DNA of 64,000 nucleotides. Origin: Antedon mediterranea (Eukaryota > Animalia > Echinodermata). The DNA is taken from contig NC_092670.1 of the NCBI RefSeq assembly GCF_964355755.1, positions 34,026,388-34,090,387 of the forward strand, in the 5' to 3' direction. The first letter of the stretch is position 1, and every line of letters begins with the position of its first letter. Positions 23,383 to 37,600 of the stretch are shown one piece after another. A program made the position numbers and the translations under genes. The notes beneath the pieces were generated by a model. The model had not been told where the DNA came from. It saw nothing but the letters and a program-made list of their open reading frames with translations, and made no database searches.

Positions 23383-24056
23383 ATCAATCTTCGCGTAACG
23401 CTTACACTCAATACTGTAGCTACATTGGCAACGAAAGGTCGCTATTACGCAAGCATTACATCGGCAGTTTTGAACAAATCATTACCTTTATTATTAATAG
23501 GCCTATCAACCATACATTTAAATTAAACAGCTGTAAATGTCCTCAATGGTAAGTTATAGGCCGTGTTTTTTTTTTGTCACTTCTACACAGTTGCTTATAT
23601 TTATTGTTTTTATTTAGATCAGTATTCATGGACACATCGGTTGCAAATGATAATCATTACCGAAAGGTTTTTAAAAATTCGTGAATAAGAGAATTTAGTA
23701 AGTTCTACTACTACTGAATGTAATTTTTGTCTAGCATATTTGTTGATGTTGTTTAATTAATGGGAATTTAAGACGACCCCTAATGGTTTGAATTGGTTTC
23801 AATTATCCAGCTGGAAGAAAAAATAGTAAAAGAAATACTAAAAATACTAATACAGTACTCTTAAACTGATCTCTTATCTTAAAACTGTATGACTGTGTTG
23901 TTGTATAAAGCTTTGATTGTTACTGTTTATTATTTGTATTTAAATTCATATGTTATTAATGTTATGTTGATTGAAGACAAATGGGGATATGTAGAGGCTG
24001 GATTGTGGGTGAGGGTGGTGTGGGTTTGTAAATAGCAGGGTACTGTTTGGTTTTCA

Positions 24057-27000
24057 TTGGTTATCCGCACTTGGCGGATAACCTCTTGTTATTGTCAGGA
24101 TCTTTTTTTTTTTTTTTTTTTTTGGTTATCCGCAACTTTTTAAGTTGCGGATAATTGGTTATCCGCAACTTTTTAAGTTGCGGATAACCCTTGTTATTGT
24201 AAATATCTTTTTCTTCATCTTCTTTGTTATTCTTCTTTCTTTCCCGGATTTTTGTGACCAGCATATCTCTATTGCTTGTTAACATAACTTTGTATAACTT
24301 GGTAAAAAGATTGACATTGAAGTGTAGATGTGCAGCCAACTTTTTGGACGATGTCAGATCCGCGTTGCGTAAGTTACGCGCGATTTTATGAATTTCGCGT
24401 ATTTAACATAGACTAAAAACCAAATGTCATTTTGTAATAACACTTGAAGAAAATTTAAGTCATATCAAGGGCAAACTTTCTATGGATTAAAAATGGAATG
24501 TTTCAAAGAAAGTTACGCGCGCACGCGCGTTCAAAATTTCAAAATGCGCAAAATTCATTTCTAATCAACTTTCTACGCGTTTCATGTCATTTTGAGCATT
24601 TCAAAAATTCCCACGCGTGCGCAATATTTTTACGCGCGCGTGCGCACGTAAGGCAAAAACATTTTTTTTTTGCTTGATTTTTGTTTTTTCAGCCTTCTCT
24701 AGTAATTTTACCAACTTTCAAACAATTTCGACTTAAAATCACGTCATACGAGCACGTAGAATTGAACAATTTGCGCGCGTTTTTGATGAAAAAGTTCAAA
24801 AATTCGTCAAAATTATGCCTTTTTTAAAACAGTCATAGATTGTAAACTACGAGGTGAACTTCTTTTAAATTACATATTCTGAAAGTTGATGAGTTGTAGA
24901 TATCGAATCATGCATCGATATGGCTAACAGGACATAGTGACGTCATCGTATGGCCACTCAAATATAAAATATAGGATTTTTGTCTCTTTCGTCATAGCTC
25001 ATCACATTTAATAGAGCGCATCTCCACTTATCCAAATTTCATTTCCCCCCATTTTTTTATATTGTCTATGCCAATCAATTATCTTTCGCATAATATACCG
25101 TTTTTAAAATTGTGATGACTTCATCATGTCCAAAAGCGTCAATAACTTGGGCCACTTATTTTCACATATTCTTCACTGTATGTAGTACGTATACAGTATA
25201 TAGTGTATACCATATATACTTAGACGTGACACAAAATAGAGGGCTCACTAACATTTTTTTCAATGTCATAATCGTTTTTCTGCGCGCAATATTCTAACTT
25301 ATGTGTCATGCGCGTGGCTTTTGCGCTGCGGATAACCTAACTCGTCCGTAGTGACGAGTTCAAATCTAGTTTTTTAGGCTATCACTCTCTGTAGAGCGAT
25401 AGCCTATTGTTATTGTCAGAGATTTCATTTTTTCTGCTCATTTTTTGTTGGTCGCATATCTCAAAAATGGCAATAGCAGTTATGTTGTAACTTGGCCAGC
25501 AGATGCACGTATATATGTAGTTGTGCAACAAACTTTGGTTTAATGAAAATATGGTCGCGTAGCGTAACTACGCGCGATTTTCTGAAATTCTTAGATTGAC
25601 TATAGCTTGAAAACCAATAGCTATTTTTAAATACCACTTGACACACGTATGCTTCATATCAAGGGTCATCTTCCTGTATCATCAGCAAAATTTTGAACAT
25701 TGGTCAAATCGCGCGTACGCGCGCTTTGAAAGTTAAAAATGCTCAAAATCAATTTCTAATCAACTCTACACGTTTCAGGACATTTTAAGCATTTCACATT
25801 TTTCAAAAAAAATTGCGTTGCGCGCGCGCTATTGCGCACTTCGCTCGTACGCAGCCTAGAAAGCCCGTTTTTGCGCTTGATTATTGTTTTTCATAGTTTT
25901 ATGATATATTTCTTTCATATTTGATGAATTATGAATGCAAAATAATGACACACGTGCACGTCAAACTTTAAAAATCGTGCGCTTGAAAATTGGTAATTTT
26001 ATGCAAATTTGTGTAAAAATATGCCTATTTTGAATCGATTATAGCTCTCCGGGATGTCTGGTGACCCCCAATTTTTTTAACCTAATATGTAAGCAGATAT
26101 ATTGTAGATATGAATTCATGCAAAATGTTTACCTCTGGGCTGTTGTGACGTCATCGTATGGCCACACAAATGTAAAATATAGGGATTTTGTCTCTTTCGA
26201 CACAGTTCGTCACATTCAATAGAGCGCATACAGCGTAAACGTTATCAATTTTCTTCCAATTTTCAATATTTTATTACTAAAATAATTCCTTTTTAGACTT
26301 ATGAACTTTTTTTTTTAATTTGAAAAGGTCATCATTTTCAAACAATTGAATAAACGTGAGTGGTGTAAAATAAAAAATAACCGTCAACTAAACCGTTTAC
26401 AATGCTAATACCGTCAACTGTTGACACTTATTAAACGATTTTGATGTATTCCAGCTGTTCTTTACAATCGTCGTAGTGCAGCCTATTGTAGACTAAGCAT
26501 AATAAATAACATGTGCGTGTTACGATGCGTTGGGCGATAGCCTAACTCGTCAACGTGACGAGTTCAAATCTAGTCTATCTTATTCTTCTTTCTTTCCACA
26601 AATTTTGTTGGGAGCGTATCTCTAATTCTGGCCAACATAAGATTGTATAACTTTGTCATAAGATTGACCTATAGCTGTAGATGTGCAGCCAAGCTTTTGG
26701 ACGATTTCGGATTTGCGCAGCGCGTAAGTTACGCGCGATTTTATGAATTTCAATGATGGATCATAGATTAAAAACCAAAAGTCATTTTCTATTGAAACTT
26801 GGTGAAAATTTAAGTCATATCATGCGAAAACTTTCTATGGATTAAAAATGGCATGTTTTACATAAAGTTTGGCCACTCGAATATGAAATATAGGATTTTT
26901 TTCTCTTTCGTCATAGCTCGTCACATTTAATAGAGCGCATCTCCACTTATCCGTATTCCATTTCCCTCAATTTTTTTATTTTGTCTAGGTCAATCAATTA

Positions 27001-27287
27001 TCTTTCGCATGATTTACCATTTTTAAAATTGTTATGACGTCATCATGTTCAAAAACGTCAATAACTTTGGTCACTTCTTTTCACCTATTCTGCACTGTAT
27101 GTAGTACGTATACAGTATATAGTGTATACCGTATACACTTAGACGCGACGCAAAATAGAGGGCGCACTAACATTTTTTTCAATGGCATAATCGTTTTTCT
27201 GCGCGCAATATTCTAACGTATGACGTGCACGTGGCTTTTGCGCTGCGGATAACCTAACTCGTCCGTAGTGACGAGTTCAAATCTAGT
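24057..27287 (+). mobile_element. Nest of three Helentron-type (HINE) elements: outer 24057-~24110 plus 26575-27287, inner 24122-25370 and 25372-26574
   Basis: 5' hairpins with subTIR GGTTATCCGC (or AGGCTATC) repeated near the 3' end; 3' hairpin AACTCGTC..GACGAGTT then CAAATCTAGT; inserted in T-runs without TSD. Confidence 0.82.
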
Positions 27288-28110
27288 TATTATTACATTT
27301 GTATTATTATTGTTGTAAATTTTATAGGTAGCACTGTAATGTGGTTTTAGTAAATTTTTATTGTAGAACGCACCTTCATAACGATGTTACAAAGTGTATG
27401 TTCAAATACATTATTATTATTATTATAATTATTACTAAAAAAAAGCGTTTCGCGCTCAAACAAACAGACGTGACTGATTATATTCAAAAATGTTTTGTTA
27501 AGTTTTAAAATAAAATTTGTTGGGAAATTTTGTTCAATGAAAACAGAGAAACAGTCAACGCACGTGGCCACAAAATTCATAAAATAAAGCCCTATTGTTA
27601 AACATTGTTTATCGTCCTATTTTTTCAAAAGCGTCGGTAGGGGGCGGTTCTTTTTTCTAAGGTAGGTGTGAATATATCAACACAGCCAAAAATACAATAT
27701 AACAGAAGAAACAAATATTATTATTATTATTAGGATCAACCAACATTATTGTATTACTTTTGACTACCATTATTCAATTCATTTGTCAGGTCTGATTTTT
27801 GGTAGTATATTCATTATTGCAAAAGTATACGGTATGTTGGGCCAATTTTCTGGGTTGAGAGGGGAAAATAAACAATTAATTTTTTCTTTTAAAGAAGATT
27901 TTTTATGTTTGTACGCGAACGTGTTGCATCATTTATTGATGTCATTGAACTTGACAAGACTGGAATTATAATGGAAAGAACAAATCTACATTCTGTGTTA
28001 ATAAAAATAAATACTACATGATATATTATTTCTTTTCATTAAGACAATAAAATGATCCAGTTATACGGTTGTGTTTTTTTTTCGAATGTTTGCAGAATAA
28101 ACCACCTAAA

Positions 28111-28350
28111 GTCTTCTCGGATAAGGACTATAAACCGTAGGTCCAGTGTACATCTGGCTCATGTGCACTTTAAAGAACCTAGTACATCCTTCGAGACAAG
28201 TAGGGGGTTACCCCGGTGTACTAGTTCATTTATTCATACACACACACTGTCGTGGACAGACGTATTGGCGCCGTAGTTGGCTGCCGATGTCACAATGGGA
28301 CCCTTAGTGGAGCAGTAGCCTTCAACTATGAAGTTTGCTCCTTAAAATAG
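28111..28350 (+). mobile_element. 5'-truncated SINE of the family at 41209
   Basis: GTCTTCTCGGATAAGGACTATAAACCGTAGGTCCAGTGTACA...GGGGGTTACCCCGGTGTA shared with 41209-41531. Confidence 0.75.
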
Positions 28351-30365
28351 AAGAAGAAGGTATCCTGTATTTGAAGCAATGGCAGTGTCGTTGATGTATT
28401 GGCAAAAACAACTCAACAGTAAAACACAATTCCGAAACTAATAATAGTCTGTTATACTTAAGTATAAACATTTATTTTATTAGTCAAGCTATCTAATACT
28501 AATTTTAATCTAACTAAGCGTCTTTGTAAAGTCTGTGTAATTCAAGGTTTGGGGAGCTTAACAAATTGCAATTATAAATTATAATTTACAAAAACTATTA
28601 AGTGTAAATAAATATAATAATAAAGTATATAGTAAATAAGAATAACAAAACTATGAATGTTAACAAGTTATTAGAAAATAAGGTTGAAATAACTGTGCTA
28701 TAAGCTCTCTACATGTGAACCTTAACCCTGGTATAAGCATTCAATATAACAATTAATTAATTTATTGTTTTTTACATGTTTTGTTCAATATGCCATTTTA
28801 ATTTCACCTAATACTTTGACCAAAAATTGGATGGGAAAAAAAAATAATTTACCTGAAAAAATGTAATTTCATGCAAAAAAATAGTCAAATTTGCTGCCAG
28901 CCAATGGGGTTTTTGGTTGAGTTTATTTTGTCATATTATAAGTGAAAACATTATTTCTACGGAAGTAATCAAATTTATTGAAACTAAAAAATGGCATATT
29001 CAAAGTCTGATTTTATTAATCTTCATTTTTCAAGTTTTTTGGGGACAATACATCTTTAATAATGTAATAAACTTTGTCAATTAAAGATTTCCTTTCGAAG
29101 TAGAGACAACAAAATGTCAGGCAAAAATGCATAGAATAGGATACAGTGTACGCCTATAAACAAAAGTAATTAATTGATAATATATAATTATTTTATTTCG
29201 GTATTACGAGTCTTAAGCACTGTATACACTTCACCTTAATATAACATTTACATATCTATACTTTAAATAACAATAAATTAACGCACTTTAAAAGTGTTAT
29301 TATATAACACATACTATAACTGTTGACGCATGCGTACAAAAGGCGTATCATAATGCATCAATGCATATTCTTTTTAAGCGTCACACTGACGACAATATTT
29401 TCTATGACGTAATACCATTTTTTTTTTAAAGCTACGTTAGTTACACTAAACCTAACATCTTCTAAATAAAATATTTATTACAATTATTACATTCTATAAA
29501 ATATTAAAGTAAGCATTTTAAAAAACAATTTTACGGTATGTATTAGTAGTAAATGTATGTTTTGTATAAAATGTTATGTAACCGCCACAACCTTTTATTA
29601 TTCACTATTCTGTGTAAAAAGAAATATAAATCAGTTGATAAATTAATTCGACACCGTACGTGTCACGTGCTCATTTTACGTAGTATATAAATTTACATTG
29701 TCAAGCCTGTACAGTTTATAATTGAGGTTTGGCTTTAAATCGTTGATTTCGCAGTTTGATCGTTTAAATGCTGGAATGTGATATTCTACACAAGAATGGT
29801 CCTTCATATGTTCCCTGAATACAACCTTTATGGTGTTTTTTTAATGATATGGTGACCACTATATCTTATACATTGAGTATTAAATATGCTATTTAGACAT
29901 CAAAGTTTTACATCTTTTTGTACTTATTCAATTTAAATGTTGATAAATAAACGTAATTCTTACATCCATGTTAATCGGTCCTGTCATGTGTTTCATTTCA
30001 ATAAAAACGTAGAAATTATTGTATAGGCCTATTGTTTGAAGGTTTGCACGGCGAAATCAAATGTGGATATACATTTGCGGTGCACCACGTATTTTAGTTC
30101 TGAAATAAAACTGTTGAGTTTCTCGACGTTTCGATCAATATGCTTTGATCGTCCTCCAGGAGTGAGAACATTTATATCAACAATAATATTGTACTTGTCA
30201 ATAAATACATATTACGTTCGAATTTACCTCGATTGTTTTATCAAAAACATCTACTCATCCCGAGGTAATTAATTTCATATTTTACAACCTGTACGAACTG
30301 CATCAGAAAAAGAGCGGAATGAGTTGTGTTCGATGTTGTGAGAGAAATGCTCCTGTCACTCGGCC

Positions 30366-30582
30366 GCAACATAAGTTGGGGACCCTTCATGAACGCTTTC
30401 TGTCAAGCCGTCTGTTTAGTCGAATGTATGGACTTTACATACGATGTATGGGGGTTCGATTCCCATGGGCAACTGTTTTTACCTTATAGTGAGAGAGATT
30501 ATTTAGAGGGTTAGGTTTAATTATGTTTAAGAAGTAGGTCGGTTTCATATAAGGTCCCCAACTTATGTAAGAAAAAATCGCC
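30366..30582. mobile_element. Short MITE of the same TIR family as 57617-58516
   Basis: CATAAGTTGGGGACC ... GGTCCCCAACTTATGTAAGAAAAAATCGC. Confidence 0.65.
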
Positions 30583-31228
30583 ACCCAACACTCTTGGAAG
30601 GCCTTTGTGGAAGCTCAGCACATAAAATATCAGTTTGGATTCAATGGAATAAACTCAAATGACAACACTACAAATTCATATCTGAGAGGATGTCCCTTGC
30701 AATGGATATGTTAACCAAGCGGCTGATATATTTGGCAGTAATAGGGGACGGGCTTTAGCGGGGAGGTGTTGTATAAGGGCTTTTAAATAATAACGGTGTA
30801 TGGCGTCTGTCTTCTATTTCCCGGAACCATTAAAAGTAGGCCTAACATTGACTGGCGATCTGAAGTCAGCGTAATAACCGGAGATAAAACGCATGCGTTT
30901 TGATACCAGACGTAGAACGGATACGATCAGACATCAGTGCCCATGAGATCTTCCGAATGACTGTCGCTGATGTGTGTCATGGGAATCTAAACACGAAGAA
31001 ACACAATGTTTATAATATTTAATAATAGTAAATTGACAATCTGCTACAACTTAAGCTCTGTCTACACTATAAAACTTTATGTGACAACAAAATGTTATGT
31101 GCCCATAATATGGATATGATGATGTCATATCACTACCACATTTGGGCATATCACTACCATATTTGTGCACATCACACTTTTTTGTAAAACTAGTTTAATA
31201 GTGTAAGACCAGATATTCTGAGCTTTAC

Positions 31229-31395
31229 AAAATGTTTTCCATTAACGAATATATTCGTGCGAATCGAACATTCTTGAGTTGTGATTGGTTGCGCATTTGT
31301 CCACGTCACAAAAAGTAGATTAAAATGTTAATACGTATGCTCATTAGTGAACACTCGATTCGAGCGAATAAATTCGCCTAGTGGAAAACCGGCTT
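31229..31395. mobile_element. Harbinger-type MITE overlapping the SLCO stop codon
   Basis: Imperfect ~40-bp TIRs: GTTTTCCATTAACGAATATATTCGTGCGAATCGA versus reverse complement GTTTTCCACTAGGCGAATTTATTCGCTCGAATCGA. Confidence 0.65.
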
Positions 31396-31643
31396 AAGAT
31401 AATGACCTTTTAACCTTACCTTTTCGTAACGCTCTTCGTCCGATTCCTTTCGCACAACGCAGTTGGTGATGGTATATGCAAGAAGGGCTAAGAACTTCAA
31501 ACACAGAAACATACCAATGAATATATACCGATATCGTTCAGCATCGTACAGCAGACAATCGCCTTCTTTCTCGCACGAGAAATCACGAATCCAACAACCA
31601 AATTTGAGAACTGCTTCTAAATAAAACGGTGCTGGTATAAAGC
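31378..31643 (-). CDS. SLCO coding exon 8
   Basis: FIPAPFY...SCEKEGDCLLYDAERYRY...stop. Confidence 0.88.
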
Positions 31644-34600
31644 CTGAAAGCGAAACATGACAATTCGAATTTTGAAGTAACACAGCATAGAAAACTAAAA
31701 TTTTGAGCATTAAGAAAATAATAGAAGGCAACGTTGTTAGTGGAAGTCGTACAATACCAGACCTATCCGCTTTACTTTACTATATCAAACAAATAAAGTT
31801 GGACAAGAGTGCAACAGAACTTCAACCAAAACAAATCCCACATGTTTAGCATTCAATGAGCAAACGGCAAAGGTTATATCATTACCCCAATTACACATAA
31901 ACAAATTGTACATTGTATCTCAATGAGTTACAACGCTTTCACACGCTAGTTTTTTATGTGTGTAGCGACGTCGAGTAAACAAAAATAATCAGAAATATAC
32001 TCATGCGTAAATACAACTTTGTTAAGATTACTGTCTTGTTTTGAGATTTACATCAATGTTACATTTTGTAAGGATTCTGTATGTGTGAATCTAGCATATG
32101 AGTGCAAAAAAATAAGATTACTTAAAACTGGGGTTTTATGAGAATTTCCTGTCAAATTGGATCATCGGCAATTCATTTTAACTTCGATCTGATAGTTTCA
32201 CTTACCGAATACTCTTAACATGAGCGACGTTACACCTACAGCCATTGCTCGATCGTATTGATGTACAGACCTATAAAACATAATATAGTAGGCCTAAGTA
32301 AGATATAGTTAAAGGGGAGTTTGCGACGACCGACGACCGACGACCAAACTAAGCCATGTTAATACATACGTGGGTGGTAACGGGACGATTCGGCCCTGAT
32401 ACGATTCGGCCCGGGACGATTCGGCCCTGGGACGATTCGGCCCGGGACGATTCGGCCCTGAGACGATTCGGCACACTTAAATTTATCGGCTTTGATATGC
32501 ATTTTATAAGCATAAAATAAGCTTTTTTCCCCAAACTTTATTTTCAGAGAGACTATGGGGTAGTACTACTAGGAATAAAGATGCAATAAAGCAAACATTT
32601 TGAAAACATTGTCGAAAATGATCATTTTTTAATCACGCGAACGATGTAAATAAGTTACGCCCTCTGTTGGCCGCTTGGCGAATGCACGAAATAAACAAGG
32701 TTTTCGAAGTAATAAATTGAATATAAAATTACTTTTTTTTAGTAATTTATTATAATTATATTATATCAACATTGTCAATATCAATAAAATACGGATTGTT
32801 AAACACCTTTAAAAACTTGATAAATACCAAAAAAAATTAATATGAATTTGGTCTAAAGTGAGACGTTTCGGCACACAAAGTGGGATGTTTCGGCCCAAAG
32901 GTGGGCGTACGTGGATCCTCGTTCCCGACTTCGACACAGTTTTGATGGTTTCTAAGTATCGTCCAGATCGTATGTCTGGTTGCGACAAAGACAGTAATCA
33001 TGCACTATGGACATATTTTCCGCAGCGCACGGTGTCTGTAATGCTGGGTTCCCACTAGGACGCAACGCAAGGACGTTAACGTGTTGACCAATGACAAGCG
33101 ACAGTTCGAATAATCCATCGCCTGTGATTGGTCAAATCACTTTCGTCTCGTTACGTCCTTGTGTTGCGTCTCTAGTGACAACCAAGCATTAAGGGGCGTG
33201 GAACTGATCGTGTCGCAGCCACAGATGAACCCATGAGCTCAGCATTTTTCAGTGATGGGGGGGTTGTTATTTTAAAAGTGGTTCATTATTACAGACAGAA
33301 GAAAATAATAGTAGGCCTGTGACTTACCTGACAACAACTACAAAAGCAGGATTTCCCAAGATTGAGGTAATAAGGGAGAGCGCTACATACGCCCCGACAA
33401 ACAGATATATTTTCTGGTCGCAAACTGGTTCAGGCTGACACGGGCCTTCGAATGCGTAACCACCAGAGGGGTTAATGCCATACGCCGGTTCCCAGTGTAC
33501 ACACTGACACGCTGTGTAGATCTGAGAAAACTAACATCAAATTCAATTTAGTATGTACAGCAGTCTCATTTTTTAAATATATGATACAATTGAACCGACA
33601 TAGTTTTCCATCGCTCTGTAGAAACAGTTAACAATGAAAAGATAGAAGTTAATGTATAAAACGATTTCTAAATATCATTTACGTCGAATAAACCCAGTAC
33701 CCGCCGTTCACCGGGACTTCATGCATTGGTCGATTTAACGTTCGTGCCTCTCTACAGCCTCCAAACGAAATCTCGCAGATACTGTAAATTAAACTAGAGT
33801 AGGCCTACGGTAGAGGCTTCTCGAGAAGCTAATATTTTGCCAAAAGAAATAAGATCATTATGGTATAATGTTCGTGCCCTATTCTATGGATAAATGCAGG
33901 CTCTCTACATCGCATAAAGCCTGGTTCCCACTAGGACGTAAAGCAACGACGTAAGCAATTTATCCGAATTTTTGCTTGTGAGTGGTCAACACGCTTGCGT
34001 TGCGCTTATGTCCTTGTGTTGCGTCCTAGTGGGAACCAAGCTTTAATATCAATAAACATCTTACCGTTCGATTTTGAAGTTGAAAGACGTATTTGTACAT
34101 TGACTCATGCAGTATACTCCGGCAACCCGCATGACACGGACTTACGTACGTGATGCCATTACCGTCACACACTGGTTCGTACACGTGATCATCACACCCA
34201 CAGCCTTCGTTGCAATTGTTGGCCGTAGAAAAACTAAAATTATGAGTGTAAAACATCGTAATGATTACAACTGTGACGTCAACGTATAGTGTTTATCATG
34301 GAATTGTGTTTCCATTGAAATGATTTACAAACGAAAGGACACAATGGGTCTTTATACTTGGTTACCACTAGAGACGCAACACAACGACGTAATACAACGT
34401 AAAGCTTGGTTCCCACTAGGACGCAACGCCGTAACTTGACCAATCGCAAGCGATGTATTATCCGAACTGTCGTTTGTCATTGGTCAATTCGGTTGCGTTG
34501 TGTTTACGTCCTTGCGTTGCGTCTTAGTGGGACACAATCTTTAGGGATTTGACCAATCATAAGCGATGGATTTATTCGACTGTCGCCTGCCATTGGTCAA

Positions 34601-37600
34601 CTCGTTTGCGTTTACGTCGCTAGGACACAGCGCGGGCCGTACGTCCTTGCGTTGTGTCGTGGGAACCAACTTTTACGCTAACAGCACCGTTTTAAATATG
34701 ACATCACTTACTTTCCCAATGGTGCTGGGTATTCCGTCGTATAGCCAGCTATCTTCGGATTTCCACAACCAATCAGAATTAACAGTGGCGTACAGCAGAC
34801 AGACACTACGCACATAAAAAATACCATCCGCGCACAACACTTTGCATCTAGCCTCCATTTTCTGACAATGTATCCTCCGATTATTTGACCAAATATGATG
34901 CCTGGTAATGATATGGTGACTAAAATATAAGGAGAACATTCAAGTTCAAGTTTTATTGTTTACACATAATACAATATAATACATAAATTATAATATATAA
35001 TAATCAATAAATATAATTGTATGAGGAGGACGCATTAAGCCAAGGCTTTAAGTTTGGTCCTCCAGATAAATATATATTAAATTATTTATTTAGGCCTAAG
35101 TGAGAGAAAAAAAATCTTCTTTCATTCCTCTAATTGACAAATAAAATTAAACGAAAAGGCACAATAAAGAGAAGAAAAAAAAATTCTTCAGGCAATTGTA
35201 AATACTTAATGTTCTAAATAGTTTAGCTTAGAAATAAGTATTTGTTTTAAATTAATTTATGATGGGTATTGCTTTTAGATTGAGTTGTAAGTTATTCCAT
35301 ATAAGGTCCATTGTAAATAAAAGATGTTCTTCTAAGTAAAATGGTATGTTTTTCGTATATTAGGTTTTTTCAGTTGAATTCAAGTATTCTTATGATATCC
35401 GCCAAACCATGTTTTCATATGTTTCTGGTACACACTACGGCACTGATTAAGTACGATTCTAATACAGCAGCCTAACCATGTTTTCATATGTTTCTGGTAC
35501 ACACTACGGCACTGATTCAGTACGATTCTAATACAGCAGCCTAACCATGTTTTCATATGTTTCTGGTACACACTACGGCACTGATTCAGTACGATTCTAA
35601 TACAGCAGCCTAACCATGTTTTCATATGTTTCTGGTACACACTACGGCACTGATTCAGTACGATTCTAATACAGCAGACTAGACTTAAAAAACAAAGACG
35701 TTCGCTAAGATGACGTAAGCATTATGTAAATTGAATTAAAACCTCAATCCGTTGGTAATTTAATGTAATTGACTATAGTTTTTCGATTGCATAGACATAC
35801 ACATAGCGTGTGTTTTACTGTCTTCCTCTTTGTTATTCTTTGTTTAGCTAGTAACAAATATTTTTAATATAAATGATGATGTGTTTATGATATTGCTGCT
35901 GACGACGATGACGATGATAATTATGATGACGATGATATGATGATGATGACGATGATAATAATGACGGTTCTGATGATGGTGATAATGATTATGATAATGA
36001 TTATGATGATGATACCAATGATGATACCAATGCTGATTGGAGATGATAATGATAACATGGCGAGCGATTCAACGGATAGGCCTACATATTTTAAACGTAT
36101 GACAGCTTAGCTCTTGGCGGCGAATGACGACGATTAGGTGTTAGGATATTAATAAGGTTATGGCTATAATAAAGATCACAACGTTAATAATATATTAAAG
36201 ACGCCTATTATCATTTTACTGATTATACAGTACATAATATATAATTATGCCATTTCAATAATTATACCGACCAAAATATAAATCAACTAATGAATAGCAT
36301 GTCGTTATAGAAGCGTCATCAATTCAAATCCCAACCACAATAACTAAGTCACGTGATACCATTAATTTATATTACGCTGAGCTGTATAATCCGCAAGTAG
36401 ATAAACGACTTTTGGAAGGAGGAAGATCAACTCGTAAGAAAATGGAAAAATATGAAAGCTAAAACGTCAAAACGAAGCATCGGTAACACAGGTGATAATT
36501 TCTATACGACAGGCTGGCTATTAAAGTATACGAAACAATATACATATGCCTTTTATAACGTCACAATAATGTTTTATTTTCTGATTATTATATTGAGTAA
36601 CATAATCATTTCTCTAGAGATTTCATACACATTTGTTTATATGCAGATAGTACCATAATACATCTCATTTTAAATTCGCAATTTTTCTGCGAATTTAATT
36701 TGAATAACGCTTCCTGGAATTGCAAGCATCTGAAAACACATTTGGCTGCATTAGTGCAATTTATTATTACAATTTAATGCGAAAAATATATTTTATATAT
36801 ACAGACACATACTGTTGTAAACAAATGTTTCCTCTCAGTAACCAGTACAGTAATAATTGAAACTAATTGTGACCTTTCTTTATTTTAGAATGTTTATACA
36901 TGTTAAAACTTCAATTCAAAATTGATATTCCCAAAATCAGCCCAAACAAAGCAATATTGATATTTGAACCGACGGTAATATCGTAGCTGTGTGTGCACAT
37001 CCGTGTTAAAACTATTGAAGTGTTTCCTTCAAACAAGGCAGTCTTGGATACTGAGCTCGCCTTGCCAAGATGGGAACTCGTAACAGTCCTTTAATCTTAT
37101 GACTGGCAAATACCAACATTACTGTACTATTTACTTAATATCGGCGGCGCGTGGTGTGTCTGTTAAGGGGCGAGGAATTGATTGTGTCGCAGCCACAGAT
37201 AAACCATATGATCTCCGGAGTTGGATTGCCTTTAACTCCTCAGCTTACAGCTACTATTGCAACGAATATATTATATTCCTCATATTAATATTCATAATAA
37301 ATGCAAATAACTCAATACTTAATTAATAACTTGATTAATTTTAACCATGGGCAAATAAATCAATTTGTTCGTAGCTAAATCAAACACTTCAGGTTATTTA
37401 CTGTAACTGTGAGCATCGTTATCATTTAGGCTTAGCAAACGTGAAAAGCAATTAATACAAGGAACTCATTTTAGATAAATCATTAAAACGAAAATATATT
37501 TGTTATTCTTATCATCATAAGTTTCGTATCATGTTCCAATACTGTACAGGTTTATTAATGGTGGGAGGGCCTAACTTAATTTCAGACTAAAATAAACTGC

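Larger units (their letters stand above)
33043..34672. mobile_element. Cluster of Harbinger-type MITEs in SLCO introns (~33043-33190, ~33918-34043, nested copies ~34357-34672)
   Basis: TIR AGCTTGGTTCCCACTAGGACGCAAC / GCGTCCTAGTGGGAACCAAGCT with TAA/TTA flanks. Confidence 0.75.

Noticed and set aside
35380-35640. 20-aa repeat ORF
   Set aside because: 60-bp minisatellite in an SLCO intron.
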